From Macrostomum lignano (Eukaryota), in contig NIVC01002168.1 of assembly GCA_002269645.1 (NCBI GenBank), positions 102,556 to 166,555 of the forward strand: a DNA stretch of 64,000 nt, given 5' to 3'. The position numbers were made by a program, and so were the translations under genes. This document shows positions 62,201 through 64,000 of the stretch, one piece after another. The first letter of the stretch is position 1. Each line of letters opens with the position of its first letter. The notes under the pieces are model-generated. The model was not told the DNA's origin. It saw nothing but the letters and a program-made list of their open reading frames with translations, and made no database searches.

Positions 62201-63480
62201 CGATCACGCGATCAAAGGTGATTTATTGTGTGTTTAACTGTGTGATCAACCATGTGACCGTTCGTTTGAGCAAACGTGTCATCAATTTAATGACCAATAG
62301 TGTGACTGGTTGTGCTACTAATCTGTCCAGAAGTGATTAGTGACTACAAATGAATCTAGACAGAACAATATTACCTTAATTTTAGCCTCAGTTAGAAAAA
62401 GGCATGAAATTCTTGTTAATACTTCGTAATCATTTTAGGTTACGCCAAGCAACATTCTTCACCTTTTAATTACTGAAAGGCAAGCCCAACAAAAAGACAG
62501 AAACTTCTCCGCGTTTGCAGAAGAGATGTGCAATAGCTAGGCAGCAAAAAATTCTGGCAAAAGCAAACAATATAAAAATGTTTATTGATATAACAAAGAA
62601 AGCAGGGCAGGAATTCAATAACTCAGCAGTTGTCCCACTTAACTCGAATTCCAGCAATAATGGACTGCTGCTACTAAAAGAAAAGCTGTCAAAACTAGCG
62701 GCAAAACAAAATAGCGATTTAGGAAGAATGACAAAATGGATTGTTTTAAGTGCTTTTTTGTGGAAGAAATTAATCGAGTTCGAAGCCGAGACTGCAGTGC
62801 TTGGGATGGGTGCGCTGAAATGCTTGGGTTAAAATTAAATACTTGTCCTACTTTTGTGGTGCTGCTTTGCGCTACAGAAGCCCTACATGTACATGTTACG
62901 TGTAATGTAATTGCATTAAAGTATAAATTAAAGCATGCTTGTGGCAATTACGGCAAGAGAACCAGAAGCCAGGAGTTCAAAAGTATTTAGAGGACGCAGG
63001 GTGCGGGGGGATGTACATTAAACGTTAAAATGGGGGTTGTGGAGGTTAGGGAGGCCACAGTTTGGGGTGGGGTTAGGCCTAAATGGGGCCTCTTTGTAAT
63101 TTACATTCGTGGGTCAAAATTCGTGGGGGTGGCGGGGCGTGAGGTGGGGGTTGAGAGGAGATAGGATAGTCTTTGTTCAACATCGGCGGTTGCAAAGTTA
63201 ACGATTTTTATTATCAGGTTTGGAGTTTGGGGTGCGCACAGTTGGGGTTGGGCGGCTAGGTCTGTTTGGAGCACACTTTTCTGCAATTGACATTCACGCA
63301 CGCACAAGTTGCAAGAGTGATATCAATATAGTCTTATGTAGAGGGTTAGGCGGGTTAGTGGCTACATGGCAGAGCATTGCTTGCAACGGACAGGGATTCC
63401 ATAAAAGAAAAGAACACTGGTCTATGGTACGTAGCTCGACTGGACTTAAGGACTTGTGGACTCGGTAGCCTCGGGGTCCT

Positions 63481-63578
63481 GCAGTCTAAAAATAGAAAAC
63501 CGGCGGGTTTCCCTTCTACAGTCTAAAAATAGAAAACCGGCGGGTTTCCCTTCTGCAGTCTAAAAATAGAAAACCGTA
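63481..63578. repeat. 37-bp tandem repeat, ~2.6 copies
   Basis: CAGTCTAAAAATAGAAAACCG occurs three times. Confidence 0.85.
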
Positions 63579-64000
63579 AAATTCCCTTCTCGAATTCTGA
63601 TTCTAGAATAATAGTGAATCCCGTAATCCTCTTGTCCAAAGACAGCCTATCAAGACGCTTTCCAAAAAACCTCACCAGTGTACCCCCGGGACTCGTACTA
63701 GGATATTCTAGTCTGGGTCCACCGTGGGTTCACCCCACTAGATGGGTAATTTTCCTTTAGTGGAACCCCTATCTAGTCTGCGGCCGTTAGGAGTTACAGA
63801 GGGGGTTACAGGACTACGAGGCAATGTACAACATTCTCGGCAAATCTATTTCGACATGTACATGAACACGTAGTTTCCTAAATTTTCTGTGGTTACTGCG
63901 ATATATTACAATGAGTGCAATGATTTCCAACTTAGATTGTTTTCACATACTTTGAAATTTGTTCTCTTCAAACAAGCGTCAAGAGATTCGCAAATGACGA

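Noticed and set aside
61456-62221. CDQSYDQP / VTNPMTNH repeat ORFs resembling Cys-rich or mucin proteins
   Set aside because: 24-bp minisatellite translations, open in several frames on both strands

Overview
Eukaryotic (metazoan) genomic DNA with spliced genes whose introns are packed with minisatellites. The GC-rich Gln/Ala-rich exons, GTGAG-type donors and repeat density suggest a flatworm such as Macrostomum (inference only). I assembled five gene models by hand, checking splice phase at each junction. (1) A 3-exon orphan NHL-like beta-propeller gene (+, 4436-15983) with an apparent 1-nt frameshift and a probable GC-AG intron that is almost entirely heptamer satellite. (2) A 4-exon YjeF_N / NAXE-family gene that looks YJEFN3-like with an altered catalytic loop (+, 23536-28432). 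(3) A tentative 2-exon small membrane protein (-, 31318-30180). (4) A 2-exon secreted WSC+PAN protein (+, 33732-34669). (5) An 11-exon invertebrate-type dopamine transporter (SLC6; -, 54772-36807). Its exon 4 is 1 nt short of frame, and its exon-3 splice donor has been tandemly copied by a 59-bp minisatellite; a 37-nt repeat-derived micro-exon would restore the frame. Mobile elements: two non-autonomous TIR elements with 8-bp TSDs, a decayed Crypton/DUF3504-like ORF, a 5'-truncated RTE-like LINE inserted in a minisatellite, a LOA/I-group LINE 3' remnant and two tRNA-derived SINE-like heads. About 30 tandem arrays are present. No rRNA, intact tRNA or CRISPR array was found. Reference-protein comparisons are from memory and need confirmation by alignment.
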